Source: Phoronis australis (taxonomy: Eukaryota; Animalia; Phoronida). From it: a DNA stretch of 64,000 nt. Numbering within the stretch: position 1 is the first letter of the stretch; each line of letters starts with the position of its first letter. The notes beneath the pieces are model-generated. The model was given only the letters and a program-made list of their open reading frames with translations. It was not told where the DNA came from and did not search any database. Position numbers and translations under genes: made by a program. The stretch spans positions 186,001 through 250,000 of the forward strand of contig NMRA01000439.1 in NCBI GenBank assembly GCA_002633005.1. The letters are read 5' to 3'. Shown here piece by piece: positions 62,895 to 64,000 of the stretch.

Positions 62895-64000
62895 AAATTA
62901 TTCTACTTTGAAGTTGGCAATTTACTTTATTTATCATACTTTGATCTTTTATATTTTTTTTGCATTCGTGTGGTTTGTTGTGTAATATACATTAAGGGTA
63001 ACACAAATGAGAACATGAGGTTATACAAATATTGAAAACCAGCATGAAACGGAATATAATCAAACGAAAAATCACACTCGTAACAGCATAATCACCACTA
63101 GTCTTTGATCATGACATATTAGTGATTGCCATTAATTTAGTAGCCAGAGAAAAAAAGGAACACGAAATCAATTAGCCCTTCATTAAAGCAAGAATTCTAC
63201 AACAACGCGTAATAGGTAAAATCTGGAAAATCTCGCTCACACTTCCAGCTTATTTTGGAATGATGCGTTTTATTTCAATTTGTGCCGATTCAATGATATT
63301 TTCTCTATTTCCTAAAATAATAAACGTATTCAATGCTTCCTGTCAAAAGCTTATGTAAATTAGCGAGCAGTTTTTGAGTCTACAGGCTAAAAAGAGGAGG
63401 AGTTTGAACGATATTTGTCAAGTTTTGTTGACCATGTGTCATAAAATTTGTCAAGAGAACCAGGAAAAAAACAATTATGGTAAACCATTGGGATAGTAGG
63501 GAACTTGCAATAGCATCTTGACATTTTTATGAGAAGTAACAGTTATAATATAATTTTCCACTTATTTTCCACAAAAGTAGTAGTCGAAATTGTTATTCTT
63601 CATTTTAAAAAGACTTAGTACTTTGCTTTCACAAATATTGGAAACTTCAACAAAAGTAGTCTCATGACATATACACAGCACAAATTATGAATAAATTTTT
63701 CTTAACGTTTATTTTTGTGGAGAACTTTGACAAAATAGTCCCTGGAATGCCATATTGAGTGCTAGATAAGTGGAAAATTAACGTAACGGTATGTCAGACA
63801 TTTAGGTAGAAATGTGAAATAAAACGTTCCTAGATCATGAGATCAGTTATTGAAGTAGACGTCAAAGGGGTGTCAAACTGACGCAGTTCTAGATGAAATA
63901 TACAACTAAGAGGGTCTACCTTTACCCTTTATGTGGTGTGGAGTTTCTAGCAGAAGTATAAGTCAACAGTCTCACCAGCAACAAGTAACTGAGCACTTGT
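62895..64000 (+). repeat. Diverged segmental duplicate of 39736-40680 (upstream region, promoter and start of exon 1 of a gene B paralog)
   Basis: Colinear similarity over ~1 kb, e.g. aaattattctactttgaagttg, tgatgcgttttatt, cagttattgaagtagac, agtcaacagtctcaccag. Confidence 0.9.

Overview
AT-rich, intron-rich animal genomic DNA, most likely a marine invertebrate deuterostome (inferred from repeat style and gene content; not verifiable here). There is no prokaryotic content, CRISPR array, rRNA or intact tRNA. Three loci can be reconstructed by hand from splice sites and reading-frame phases. (1) A minus-strand gene of about 15 coding exons (29194->5341) encodes a ~1600-aa coiled-coil protein with a 2.5-kb exon of 31/32-residue repeats, overlapping calcineurin-type LxVP/PxIxIT motifs and a C-terminal SxIP motif. 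(2) A plus-strand TATA/Inr gene (40642->~47580) encodes a small secreted protein of unknown family, has a GC-AG intron and is apparently pseudogenised; its promoter and exon 1 are duplicated at the right edge of the window. (3) The 3' part of a minus-strand mannose-receptor-like type I membrane protein (60557->50872) has an EPN/WND C-type lectin domain, modular phase-1 Ser/Thr stalk exons, a TM helix and an FDNALY endocytosis motif. Between and inside these genes lie Mutator-like non-autonomous elements (9-bp TSD), Helentron-type (HINE) elements, SINEs and MITEs. The most striking signal is that the ~146-bp satellite core of the HINE elements carries a CTCF-consensus motif in nearly every unit, all co-oriented. 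Three single-N gaps (30991, 33138, 53264) occur; two adjoin near-identical duplications that are probably assembly artefacts.
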